54,315 nt of DNA from an uncultured Clostridia bacterium (GTDB lineage Bacteria > Bacillota > Clostridia > TANB77 > CAG-508). Below are positions 1-8,837 of this stretch, in pieces; the first letter of the stretch is position 1, and every line of letters starts with the position of its first letter. The position numbers and the translations under genes are program-made. Location of the stretch: the NCBI GenBank assembly GCA_904384245.1, contig CAJFJM010000002.1:1-54315 (forward strand). Reading direction: 5' to 3'. A model generated the notes under the pieces. That model saw only the letters and a list, made by a program, of their open reading frames with translations, made no database searches and was not told where the DNA came from.

Positions 1-1230
1 ATTTGCTCCATGTTCACTAAATGCCTTTCTTCCACTACAAAATCTTTTCTTTAATTTACTAAATATCTGACTTTCTTGTGTTCCCATATTTCTGTATTCC
101 ATTCCTTCTGGTGCCTCTGGTACTTCTACTATATCTTGGTACCTTTCTAGTCCACTACTTAAATAACTCTGTAATGTATTTAATTTTTTTACTGCTTTAT
201 ATTCTCCTCCTAATTCTACCTTTAATCCGTCTATTGCTTTTTCTATCTTATCATATTGTTTTGTTTTCACTAATTCTTCTATTATATTTCTATATTCTTT
301 TGGTACATCTCTTACTATTTCTTGCATTATATGAAATTGATCCTTTTGATATATTCCTCCTTTTGCTGTTATTCCTTTTGTTCATTTCGCTCCATCTCCA
401 TTTACTACTCTTAATTTTATTTTCTCTACATCATATTGTTGATATACTCTTGCATCTCTTAATTTCTTTATTTCTTTTGGCTTCATCATTCCTGCTATAT
501 ATTGCTTATTTATTAATGCATGCCTTTTATCATCTTTTTTCCATCCTTCATACATTACATGCAATTTTAATTCTGTTTTGATTTTTTGCTTTGGATTAAA
601 TTCTTTATTTTCTTTTTCACATTTCTTTTTATTTTTTTCTAATCTTTCCTTCCTGTCTTTTCCTTGTAAATTTATCCACAATCCATCTGCTTCTTCAAAC
701 AGTGCTGTTATTTGCTTTAATCCTGCCACTAGTTGTCCCTTATCTAACATTTTCCTTTCTTCTTTTTCTTTCTTTGTTATTTTGTCTCCTAATCTTACTA
801 CTATATTTCTTATCCATTCAAAACTTAATGTTGCATTTGTTGTTTCTTTTAGTACTGTTTCTGCTTTTCTGTATGAATCTGTTATTGGCACTGTTTCTAC
901 TATTTTTTCTACTAAATTTTCTGATGCCTTTCCTTCTGTATTTATATGCATTTTTTCATCTAACAAATATACTCTTTTCTTTATTCCTGCTTCTTCAACT
1001 TCATACATTGCTCTTACATATTCTACTTCGCCCATCACTGTTTTTATGGTGTTTTTTCTTAATCCTTTATGTCTGTATTTCTTGCTGTTTCTTGCTTTCA
1101 TTATTTTTCTATCATAGCTTTCTAGTATCAATTTTATTATTAGACATCCAAAACTACATACAAATTTAAATATTTTTTTCTCTAAATTATTGAATTTTAT
1201 TTCTTCTTCTGTTACAATTTCTTCAAACAT
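1..1230 (-). mobile_element. ISLre2-family (UPF0236-type) IS transposase gene. The C-terminal end runs off the window, and there is one in-frame TGA at 382-384.
   Basis: ORF 382-1230 (MFEEIVTEEEIKFNNLEKKIFKF...RVVNGDGAK) has the layout I associate with ISLre2 transposases. My translation of the minus strand from 381 to 1 continues in the same frame with no stops (TKGITAKGGIYQKDQFHIMQEIVRDVPKEY...GRKAFSEHGAN). A hairpin atgtaggc/gcctacat at 1316-1347 lies at the probable IS end. Confidence 0.7.
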
Positions 1231-1352
1231 AGATATTTTCCTTTCTTTTGTGTGGTTTGCAATTCACATTTTAAAGGATTATCTATGTTTTTTCAATATT
1301 TTTTAGATAAAAATTATGTAGGCATTTTTTTTATATTTTGCCTACATTAATT

Positions 1353-1487
1353 TTACACTAACTTTTCTAAATTCTTGATATGTTTTGTTACTGCAGGTTG
1401 TGAAATGTGTAAAATTTCACTTGCTTTTGACAAATTTTCTTGGTCTGCTACAATTTTAAAAATTCTATATAATTCTAAATTTATCAT
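1353..1487 (-). pseudogene. N-terminal HTH fragment (44 aa) of a LysR-family regulator, truncated next to the IS
   Basis: Hand translation gives MINLELYRIFKIVADQENLSKASEILHISQPAVTKHIKNLEKLV*. This is the canonical LysR HTH (SQPAVTKxIKxLE), and it stops where the effector domain should begin, immediately beside the IS end. Confidence 0.7.
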
Positions 1488-1502
1488 ATTATAACCTTCT
1501 TT

Positions 1503-1628
1503 ATAAGAAAAGTAGCAAAGCTACATAAGCTTAGCTCACGTGGGTCTTTTTAAAAGACTTTTTTCTTGTTGTATACGGAAAAATCCAATTAGGGTCGAGA
1601 AAGAAGTTGTTTTTTCTTATACAATAAG
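1503..1628 (+). repeat. Intergenic repeat family, copy A (~125 nt)
   Basis: It aligns along its whole length with 11388-11511: ATAAGAAAAGTA..GAAGCTACATAAGCTT.GCTCACGTG..TCTTTTTAAA...CTTTTCTTGTTGTATACGGAAAAATCCA......TTTTTCT(T)ATACAATAA. An internal stem is formed by cttgttgtata / tatacaataag. Confidence 0.8.
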
Positions 1629-1720
1629 ATATTGTTAATTACTATTAAAAATCAACTTAATTTTAATTTATTAGCTCCTTAAATTTTAATATTTCATTTA
1701 AATTATCAATTTTCATATTT

Positions 1721-2482
1721 TTAATCTGTTACATAATAAGCTAATTCTATAGCAATATCAAAATGTCCTGAATCATGTTGTGTTCCTGCAACTTCTCCTT
1801 TTTTATGCCTTTCATCCCATTTTGGTGCATCTAATAAATCACCACTTGTGAAAAATGTATATAGGTTAAGTCCTCTAAAATCACACATCGCCTGAATTGC
1901 TGAACATTCCATCTCTACAGATATACATCCATCTTCTTTATGTTTTTTAAAATTATTAACGGTTTCTCTATAAAAAGAATCTGTAGTCCAAGTTTTCCCT
2001 TTAACATAAGGAATATTGTTTTCCTTCATAAAATTTTCAACTATATTTGCATTTTTTATTTTTATATAATCTGAAGCTGGCGCATAATGATAAGAAGTTC
2101 CTTCATCTCTATAAGCTTCGGTTGGTATAATAACTCTTCCATGTGTTATTTCCTTATTTAAACATCCACATCCACCGAAAACTATATATTTATTAGTTTT
2201 TATTTCTGAAATAGTATCTTCTATTGAACCTACACATGCAGGTGCACCTACATAAGTTTTGTAAAAAGCAAATTTTTTTCCTTTGTATTCAATTTGATAA
2301 ATTGGTGTGATTCCAGTAGCAAATTTGAATTGTGCTATTTTATTGCATTGGTAGTTTTCTAAAACAAATTTTTCAATAACGTGTGAAAAAGTAATGATAC
2401 ATGCATCTACTATTGGTGCATTTTCCTTTGGATGAGGATTTATTATTGCTTCAGATTTATCATCAAAACTATCTATTATCAT
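1721..2482 (-). CDS. Nucleoside phosphorylase family protein (PNP/UDP-1 fold)
   Basis: 253 aa. Motifs typical of uridine/purine nucleoside phosphorylase-like proteins are present: FGGCGCL...PTEAYRDEGTSYHY...SVEMECSAI. Confidence 0.65.
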   Translation of the reverse strand: MIIDSFDDKSEAIINPHPKENAPIVDACIITFSHVIEKFVLENYQCNKIAQFKFATGITPIYQIEYKGKKFAFYKTYVGAPACVGSIEDTISEIKTNKYIVFGGCGCLNKEITHGRVIIPTEAYRDEGTSYHYAPASDYIKIKNANIVENFMKENNIPYVKGKTWTTDSFYRETVNNFKKHKEDGCISVEMECSAIQAMCDFRGLNLYTFFTSGDLLDAPKWDERHKKGEVAGTQHDSGHFDIAIELAYYVTD

Positions 2483-2546
2483 AGTTTTTCTCCTTTCAAT
2501 AAATACTTCTTTTTCTGCCTACTAATTACTAATTTTATACTAATTA

Positions 2547-5138
2547 TTAGTTTTTAATTATTAGTTTATTATTCTCACAATCTATTAACACTTTACTTGA
2601 AGGTGATATTTTTTGTTCTAATATATTTTGTGCAATTAATGTTTCTAGCTTTTTGGTTACAAATCTTTTTAATGGCCTTGCTCCATAAACTTGGTCATAT
2701 CCATTGTCTATTAGGTAGTTTTTTGCTTCTTGTGTTAATTCTAATGTTATATGTTTGTCTTCTAGCCTTTTTTCTAGGTCTTTTATTAGTAAGTCTAATA
2801 TTTTTGATATTTGTTCTTTTTGTAATGGTTTATAGAATATTATTTCATCTAGACGGTTTAGAAATTCTGGTCTGAAGCTTTTCTTTAATAGTTCATTTAC
2901 TTTTTCTTTGGCTTCTTGTGATATTTCTCCTTTTTCGTTTATTCCTTCTAATATATATTCAGATCCTAAGTTTGATGTTAGTATTATTATTGTGTTTTTG
3001 AAGTCTACTGTTCTTCCTTGCGAGTCTGTTATACGTCCATCGTCTAAGACTTGTAACAAAATATTAAATACGTCTGGATGTGCCTTTTCTACTTCATCAA
3101 ATAGTATTACTGAATATGGTTTTCTTCTTACCGCTTCTGTAAGTTGTCCTCCTTCTTCATATCCTACATATCCTGGAGGTGCTCCTATTAACCTTGATAC
3201 TGAGTATTTTTCCATGTATTCTGACATGTCTATTCTTATCATGTTGTGTTCGTCATCGAATAGGCATTCTGCTAGGCTTTTTGCTAGTTCTGTTTTTCCT
3301 ACACCTGTTGGTCCTAGGAATAGGAATGAACCTATTGGTTTTTTAGGGTCGCTTATTCCTGCTCTTGACCTCATTATTGCTTCTGATACGTCTTCTACTG
3401 CTTCGTCTTGGCCTATTACTCTTTTATGTAATAGGTCTTTTAGATGTAAGATTTTTTCTCTTTCGCCTTCCATTAGTTTTGTTACTGGTATTCCTGTCCA
3501 TTTTGATACTATTTTTGCAATTTCTTCTTCTGTTACTTTATTTCTTAGTAATACATTTTCTTTGTTATTTTCTTCTGCTTCTTCTTTTTCTAATTCTTTT
3601 TGGAGTTCTGGTAGTTTTCCATATCTTAGTTCTGCTACTTTGTTTAAGTCATAATTTCTTTCTGCTTGTTCTATTTCTCCATTTGTTTTTTCTATTTCTT
3701 CTCTTAATTTTTGTACTTTTTCTATTGATTGTTTTTCGTTTTCCCATTTTGTTTTCATTGAGTTGAATTTTGTTTTTAGTTCTGCTTTTTCTTTTTGAAT
3801 TTCTTCTAGTCTTTGTTTTGAAAATTCGTCTTTTTCTTTGCTAAGTGCTGTTTCTTCTATTTCTAGTTGCATTATTTTTCTTGATACTTCGTCTAGTTCT
3901 GTTGGCATTGATTTCATTTCTGTTTTTATTAGACTACATGCTTCATCTACTAGGTCTATTGCTTTGTCTGGTAAGAATCTGTCTGATATATATCTGTTTG
4001 ATAGTGTTGCTGCTGCAATTAGGCTGTTGTCTGATATTTTTACTCCGTGGAATACTTCGTATCTTTCTTTTATTCCTCTTAAGATTGATATTGTGTCTTC
4101 TACACTTGGTTCGTCTACCATTACTGGTTGGAATCTTCTTTCTAATGCTTGGTCTTTTTCTATATATTGTCTGTATTCATTTAGTGTTGTTGCTCCTATA
4201 CAGTGTAATTCTCCTCTTGCAAGCATTGGTTTTAGTAGGTTTCCTGCGTCCATTGCTCCTTCTGTTTTTCCTGCTCCTACTATTGTGTGTAGCTCGTCTA
4301 TGAATAGGATTATTTTTCCTTCACTCTTTTTTACTTCTTGAAGTACTGCTTTTAGTCTTTCTTCGAACTCTCCTCTATATTTTGCTCCTGCGACCAGTGA
4401 CCCCATGTCTAGTGCAAATATTGTGCTGTCTTTTAGTCCTTCTGGTACATCTCCTCTTACTATTCTTAATGCTAATCCTTCTGCTATTGCTGTTTTTCCT
4501 ACACCTGGCTCTCCTATTAGGCATGGATTATTTTTTGTTTTTCTTGATAGTATCATTATTACATCTCTTATTTCTGAATCTCTGCCTATTACTGGGTCTA
4601 ATTTTTGCTGACGGGCTAGTTCTACTAGGTCTTGCCCATATTTTTTTAGTACATCATATGTACTTTCTGGATTGTCACTTGTTACTCTTGTGTTTCCTCT
4701 TATGCTTGCTAGCGCTTTTAGGAATTCGTTTTTATTTAGTCCGTATTTTTTGAATAGATTTTTTAAGTTGCTATTTGCATTGTCTATTATTGCTAGCATT
4801 ATGTGTTCTACTGAGATGTATTCGTCTTTCATTTTGTTTGCTATTTTTTCTGAGTTTGTTAGTACAGCATCTACATCTTGTGATACATACATTGAGTTTG
4901 CTTGTCTTGCTCCTCCTGTTATTTTGGGGAAGCTGTTTATTTTGCTTTCTAGCTCTTCTTCAAACTTTTGTGGTATGTTCATCTTTTTTAGTAGTTCTTT
5001 TATGAGACTGTCTTCTTGTTTTAGTAGTGCTAGTAGTAGGTGCTCTTGTTCTATTTGTGCGTTTTGATATTCTATTGATAGATTTTGTGCTTCTTGTATT
5101 GCTTCTAGTGATTTTTGTGTGAATTTTTGTGCATCCAT
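2547..5138 (-). CDS. clpB: ATP-dependent chaperone ClpB
   Basis: 863 aa. It has a Clp N-domain, two AAA+ modules ([10 protein letters not shown] and [10 protein letters not shown] Walker A motifs), a long coiled-coil middle domain and the C-terminal D2-small domain. Confidence 0.97.
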   Translation of the reverse strand: MDAQKFTQKSLEAIQEAQNLSIEYQNAQIEQEHLLLALLKQEDSLIKELLKKMNIPQKFEEELESKINSFPKITGGARQANSMYVSQDVDAVLTNSEKIANKMKDEYISVEHIMLAIIDNANSNLKNLFKKYGLNKNEFLKALASIRGNTRVTSDNPESTYDVLKKYGQDLVELARQQKLDPVIGRDSEIRDVIMILSRKTKNNPCLIGEPGVGKTAIAEGLALRIVRGDVPEGLKDSTIFALDMGSLVAGAKYRGEFEERLKAVLQEVKKSEGKIILFIDELHTIVGAGKTEGAMDAGNLLKPMLARGELHCIGATTLNEYRQYIEKDQALERRFQPVMVDEPSVEDTISILRGIKERYEVFHGVKISDNSLIAAATLSNRYISDRFLPDKAIDLVDEACSLIKTEMKSMPTELDEVSRKIMQLEIEETALSKEKDEFSKQRLEEIQKEKAELKTKFNSMKTKWENEKQSIEKVQKLREEIEKTNGEIEQAERNYDLNKVAELRYGKLPELQKELEKEEAEENNKENVLLRNKVTEEEIAKIVSKWTGIPVTKLMEGEREKILHLKDLLHKRVIGQDEAVEDVSEAIMRSRAGISDPKKPIGSFLFLGPTGVGKTELAKSLAECLFDDEHNMIRIDMSEYMEKYSVSRLIGAPPGYVGYEEGGQLTEAVRRKPYSVILFDEVEKAHPDVFNILLQVLDDGRITDSQGRTVDFKNTIIILTSNLGSEYILEGINEKGEISQEAKEKVNELLKKSFRPEFLNRLDEIIFYKPLQKEQISKILDLLIKDLEKRLEDKHITLELTQEAKNYLIDNGYDQVYGARPLKRFVTKKLETLIAQNILEQKISPSSKVLIDCENNKLIIKN

Positions 5139-5282
5139 TTTTAATTCCCCCTTTTTTATTTTTTATATTTACTTTATATTTATAGTCTAATTGAATTATA
5201 TCATATTTATCATTTTTATATGATTTTTTGTTGGCAATTTTGTGAAAATTTTGTGCTTTTTTATGTGTTGTTTCCTATACAA

Positions 5283-5313
5283 TAAAAAATTTAGAGGAGG
5301 TTTCCCCCCTCTA
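5283..5313 (-). terminator. Rho-independent terminator after the deaminase/HTH pair
   Basis: The minus strand reads tagaggggggaaacctcctcta followed by aatttttt. The GC-rich stem overlaps the stop codon of the mini-ORF. Confidence 0.6.
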
Positions 5314-5439
5314 TTCAATCTCTCCTCTATATCGGAGCTCATTTATGTCTCTTCGGATGGTCTCCTTAGATACCTCTAGTTCTTCTGCTATCTCTTGGTG
5401 AGTCATTCCTTCCTTAAGACATTCTTTTACAAGGCGCAT
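5311..5439 (-). CDS. 42-aa stand-alone helix-turn-helix mini-protein (DeoR/HTH_11-like N-terminal motif)
   Basis: Hand translation gives MRLVKECLKEGMTHQEIAEELEVSKETIRRDINELRYRGEIE*. The stretch EIAEELxVSxxTIRRDIxxL is a classic wHTH recognition segment. The segment is markedly more GC-rich than its surroundings. It is too short for the supplied ORF track. Confidence 0.4.
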   Translation of the reverse strand: MRLVKECLKEGMTHQEIAEELEVSKETIRRDINELRYRGEIE

Positions 5440-5474
5440 CCATTATTTACCATCTTAGTCCTGATACTTTTTTA

Positions 5475-8015
5475 TTATAAATCTATCTTCTTATATACAT
5501 TACTACCATTATCCACTATTTCTGGGTTGTCTTCTAATATTTTATTTACAATATTTTCTTTCATAGAAAAAGGTATTACATATCCTCCTAATGATTTTGC
5601 TTTTTCTCTTAGTGCTGTGTTTTCTTCATTTACATATATTTTTGATTTTCCTTTTCCGTTTTTTGCTTCTTGGACTAAATTAGATACTGGTGAGTTTCCA
5701 TCAAATGCTACTACAACTGAACTTCTGCGTTCAAATATTTCATAGTTGAAACTTTTGTATATTCCTGATTCTTCATTTTCAGTTGATATTCTTATTGCAT
5801 TTAAGTTTTCATTTTTTAAATTTTGTTCTACTTCTTCTGTTATCATTTTTGGTATGATTGCATCTATTTCAAATTTTTTATTTAGTTTTTTTGATATGTC
5901 TATTATTGCTTTTTCATATCCTTGCATTTTATGACCTATTACAAAATATGCTTTTTCATTATTTACTCTTTTTATTAGTTCTGTTAAAATTGCTTTTCCT
6001 TCTTCTGTTAGTACTGTTTCTCTTCCTTGTGCGTTAAAGCTTCCTCCTGCTATTATTATTGGTACTTTGTCTGTTGGTAGTTCTGCTATTTTTTCTTTTA
6101 GGACTTCTTCTGATTCTACTCCTATTCTTAGTCTTAGGTTCATTTTTTTGTTTTTGCTTTCTTCTTCGTTTTTTTGTTCTTCTTGCGTTATTGCTTCTTC
6201 TATTGTTCTTCCGTTTAGGAATTCTTGAAATTTTTTACTTTTTTCTGTAAAGTATTTTTCGTTTCTTTGCATTATTTCTTCTTCTACTTTTCTCATTGCT
6301 TCAAAATCGTTGTCATTTAAGTTTAATAGGTTTTGTAGTGCTAGTTGTTCGTCTATTGTGTCTGTTCCATAAAACCCGCAGCCATCTGTTCCTTGGACAC
6401 ATTTTATATTGTTTTTTAGATATGTTTTTAGAGGATGGTTTTCTAGGTTTGTTAAATTATTTAGTCTTACATTTGATGTTAATTGGAATTCTAGAACTGC
6501 TCCTGTTTTTTGCATCTTTTTGATTAGTGCTTTTCCTTTTTCTGAGTTTAAGTCTTGTGTGTAAAGTCCATGACCTAGTCTAAAGTTTGGTATTTTTTCT
6601 CCTGGTTTTAGTGAATTTAGTATACAATCTATTGATTTTTCTACATTTTCTCTTAAACTGTCATTTTCTCCTGCATGTATTCTTATTGTAAAATTTGGGT
6701 CTTGTTCTACAACATATCTTACTATTTCTGTTATTGCTGGTTGTAATTCTGATATGTCATTTATTTCTTCTCCTATAAAGTCACTTCCTGCTACATATGG
6801 ACTTTTTGCTATTGCTTTTAACACATCTATATTTTCTCTTAAATAATTACTACTTGTTTTTTGGTCTTTTATTATTGTTAGTGGTATTCTTCTTATTGCA
6901 ACTAGTAGTCTTATTTTTACTCCTGTTTCTTCTTCTATTTTTGGCATTATTTCATGCATTTGTTCTATTACTCTAATTCCTGGTTTGCCTTTTTTTGTTA
7001 GGTTAGTGTCTGCTATTTCTACATATTTTATTCCTTGTTTTTGATATTCTCTTGCTATCCAAAGTAGTTTGTTTTGGAAAAATGTGTTGTTTTTGTATGG
7101 GCTTGTTTCTTCTTTGTCTTTTAGCATTTGTTTTACCATTGCTTTTATGTCTTTTTCTGGGATTTGGTCTACTTTTTTTAAGTCCATTTTAATTTGTTCA
7201 TCACATTCTACTCCTCTTGCAAATACATATCTGTATAAATATAATTTTTCTAGGTTTGTAAATACTGCTTGACCGTCTTTTAGTATTGCTAGACTCGTTC
7301 TGATTTTTGATATGTTATATTCTGCATTTTCTAAGTTGTTTAGTATGAAATCTGCAAAATTTATAAATGTGTTATCATTTATTCTTCTTGTTAGATATTT
7401 TCCTGTTAACTCTGAATCTTCAAATTGTTTTGCTACTTCTTCTCTTTGTTTTAATATTTTTTCTTCTTGTGATTTTGTCATTTTTAGGTTTAATTTTTTT
7501 ATGTAGTATAATGGATATCTTATTTGATTTGCTATTCCTAGTGCTATTAGGCAGTCTGGCGTTAGGTTTGCATTCATATGTGTATGTAAATCTGTTCTGA
7601 ATTTTGATTTTTTTAGTATATATGATTTTACTATTGTTTTTTCTATTGGCAAGTTATATTCTTTTGTTTGTGACATTAGTGTTTTTGTTATTGCTGGTAT
7701 TTTTGCTTTTATTTCTATTTTTCCATCTTCAAAAATATTTGCAATTTTAAATCCACCAAGCCTGAAGATATATACTATCTCATTATCTCCATTTATACTT
7801 GCTGGTATTGTTCCTTTTATTATTTTCATATCATTTTCATTTTTTATTGTTTCAACATTACATAGCTTTGCTAAGTTTGTTATTAAATTTCCTGTATTGT
7901 GGTTTGGAGTTTCTAAAATATATGTTAGTTCATCTTCGTTTGTTTTGTATAGATTTACTATTATATCTTTTTCTTTGTCTAAATAGAATTTATTAAATAG
8001 ATTTAAATTATTCAT
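5475..8015 (-). CDS. Multidomain protein: unknown N-terminal domain, adenosine/AMP-deaminase-fold (amidohydrolase) domain, and C-terminal LOG/SLOG-like Rossmann domain
   Basis: 846 aa. Deaminase-fold motifs are RTDLHTHMN, IRIHAGEN, LGHGLY, LEFQLTSNV and VQGTDGCG. A charged linker (EEQKNEEESKNKK) follows. The C-terminus has IIIAGGSFNAQG ... VIGHKMQGYE ... VVAFDGNSPVSNLVQEA, which resembles the LOG/SLOG glycine-rich loops. Confidence 0.65.
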   Translation of the reverse strand: MNNLNLFNKFYLDKEKDIIVNLYKTNEDELTYILETPNHNTGNLITNLAKLCNVETIKNENDMKIIKGTIPASINGDNEIVYIFRLGGFKIANIFEDGKIEIKAKIPAITKTLMSQTKEYNLPIEKTIVKSYILKKSKFRTDLHTHMNANLTPDCLIALGIANQIRYPLYYIKKLNLKMTKSQEEKILKQREEVAKQFEDSELTGKYLTRRINDNTFINFADFILNNLENAEYNISKIRTSLAILKDGQAVFTNLEKLYLYRYVFARGVECDEQIKMDLKKVDQIPEKDIKAMVKQMLKDKEETSPYKNNTFFQNKLLWIAREYQKQGIKYVEIADTNLTKKGKPGIRVIEQMHEIMPKIEEETGVKIRLLVAIRRIPLTIIKDQKTSSNYLRENIDVLKAIAKSPYVAGSDFIGEEINDISELQPAITEIVRYVVEQDPNFTIRIHAGENDSLRENVEKSIDCILNSLKPGEKIPNFRLGHGLYTQDLNSEKGKALIKKMQKTGAVLEFQLTSNVRLNNLTNLENHPLKTYLKNNIKCVQGTDGCGFYGTDTIDEQLALQNLLNLNDNDFEAMRKVEEEIMQRNEKYFTEKSKKFQEFLNGRTIEEAITQEEQKNEEESKNKKMNLRLRIGVESEEVLKEKIAELPTDKVPIIIAGGSFNAQGRETVLTEEGKAILTELIKRVNNEKAYFVIGHKMQGYEKAIIDISKKLNKKFEIDAIIPKMITEEVEQNLKNENLNAIRISTENEESGIYKSFNYEIFERRSSVVVAFDGNSPVSNLVQEAKNGKGKSKIYVNEENTALREKAKSLGGYVIPFSMKENIVNKILEDNPEIVDNGSNVYKKIDL

Positions 8016-8113
8016 TTTTGACCTCCATTAAATTTTTTGATTACAAATAGTTAATCTATATTATATCATGGATTTTATTTTTATGCAATAATTATGTTAA
8101 CATTTTTTTGGGG

Positions 8114-8258
8114 CGGATGATAGGGACAGGCTATTTTGTCCGGATGAACGTTAGGGACACTCTATTTTGTTCACAAAACATTTTTTTATATTTTGTGAAC
8201 GAAATGGAGTGTCCCTAACGTTCATTTTTCGGACAAAATGGCCTGTCCCTATCATCCG
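8114..8258. repeat. Long near-perfect palindrome (~145 bp), copy 1
   Basis: The left arm cggatgatagggacaggctattttgtccgg..aacgttagggacactctattttgttcacaaaaca mirrors the right arm tattttgtgaacgaaatggagtgtccctaacgtt..cggacaaaatggcctgtccctatcatccg. Confidence 0.9.
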
Positions 8259-8268
8259 AATTCAGATT

Positions 8269-8730
8269 TTAATAGATTATGCCATTATTTTCTGTGTAAT
8301 TTTTAAAACTTTCTAAACATTCTTCCCTATCTATCTCTTTTAAATTTATTAAACTTTTATTTTTTCCTTTTAAATATTCATAAATCATATCATCTCTAAA
8401 TCCTATTTCTCCTGCGTCTTTTTTTGTGCATCCATAATATACATTTTTTATATTTGCCCATATTATTGCTGATAAACACATTGGACATGGTTCGCATGAT
8501 GTGTATAAAGTGTATTCTGATAAATCATATGTGTTTAATTTTTTACATGCTTCTCTTATTGCTGTAATTTCTGCATGTGCTGTTGGGTCATTGTTTTTTA
8601 GTACTTTGTTGTTTCCATATGCTATTATTTTATTGTTTTTGTCTACAATTACTGCTCCAAATGGTCCTCCTTCTTTGTTTTGCATTCCTTTGTCTGCCAT
8701 TTCTTTTGCTTTTTTCATAAATTCATTCAT
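8269..8730 (-). CDS. guaD: Guanine deaminase (CDA-fold nucleoside/nucleotide deaminase, B. subtilis GuaD type)
   Basis: 153 aa. GGPFGAVIV...DPTAHAEITAIREAC...YTSCEPCPMCLSAI contains the HAE / PCxxC zinc motifs, and overall it resembles GuaD. Confidence 0.7.
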   Translation of the reverse strand: MNEFMKKAKEMADKGMQNKEGGPFGAVIVDKNNKIIAYGNNKVLKNNDPTAHAEITAIREACKKLNTYDLSEYTLYTSCEPCPMCLSAIIWANIKNVYYGCTKKDAGEIGFRDDMIYEYLKGKNKSLINLKEIDREECLESFKNYTENNGIIY

Positions 8731-8837
8731 ATTTTTTCCTCCTTTATTTATTTGTGAATTTTATTTGTGAATTAAATGTTCACTTTTGTTTGTTCTATTT
8801 TTTTATTTATTAAATATATTGGTATAGGGGGATTATT

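Noticed and set aside
382-384. The in-frame TGA at a likely Trp position in the transposase might indicate TGA=Trp (code 4) or TGA=Gly (code 25) recoding
   Set aside because: Long conserved genes across the window (clpB at 863 aa, tex, the NRPS at 1413 aa, the ABC-F gene) are intact under the standard code and end at sensible positions, several of them at TGA-free stops. A recoded AT-rich genome would show many internal TGAs. A single nonsense mutation explains the observation better.
5475-8015. The large adenosine-deaminase-fold protein might be RADAR RdrB
   Set aside because: No RdrA-like ~900-aa ATPase gene is adjacent. The neighbours are a mini-HTH ORF, clpB and guaD. The C-terminal LOG/SLOG-like domain is not part of RdrB as I know it. 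It is therefore reported as a distinct architecture.
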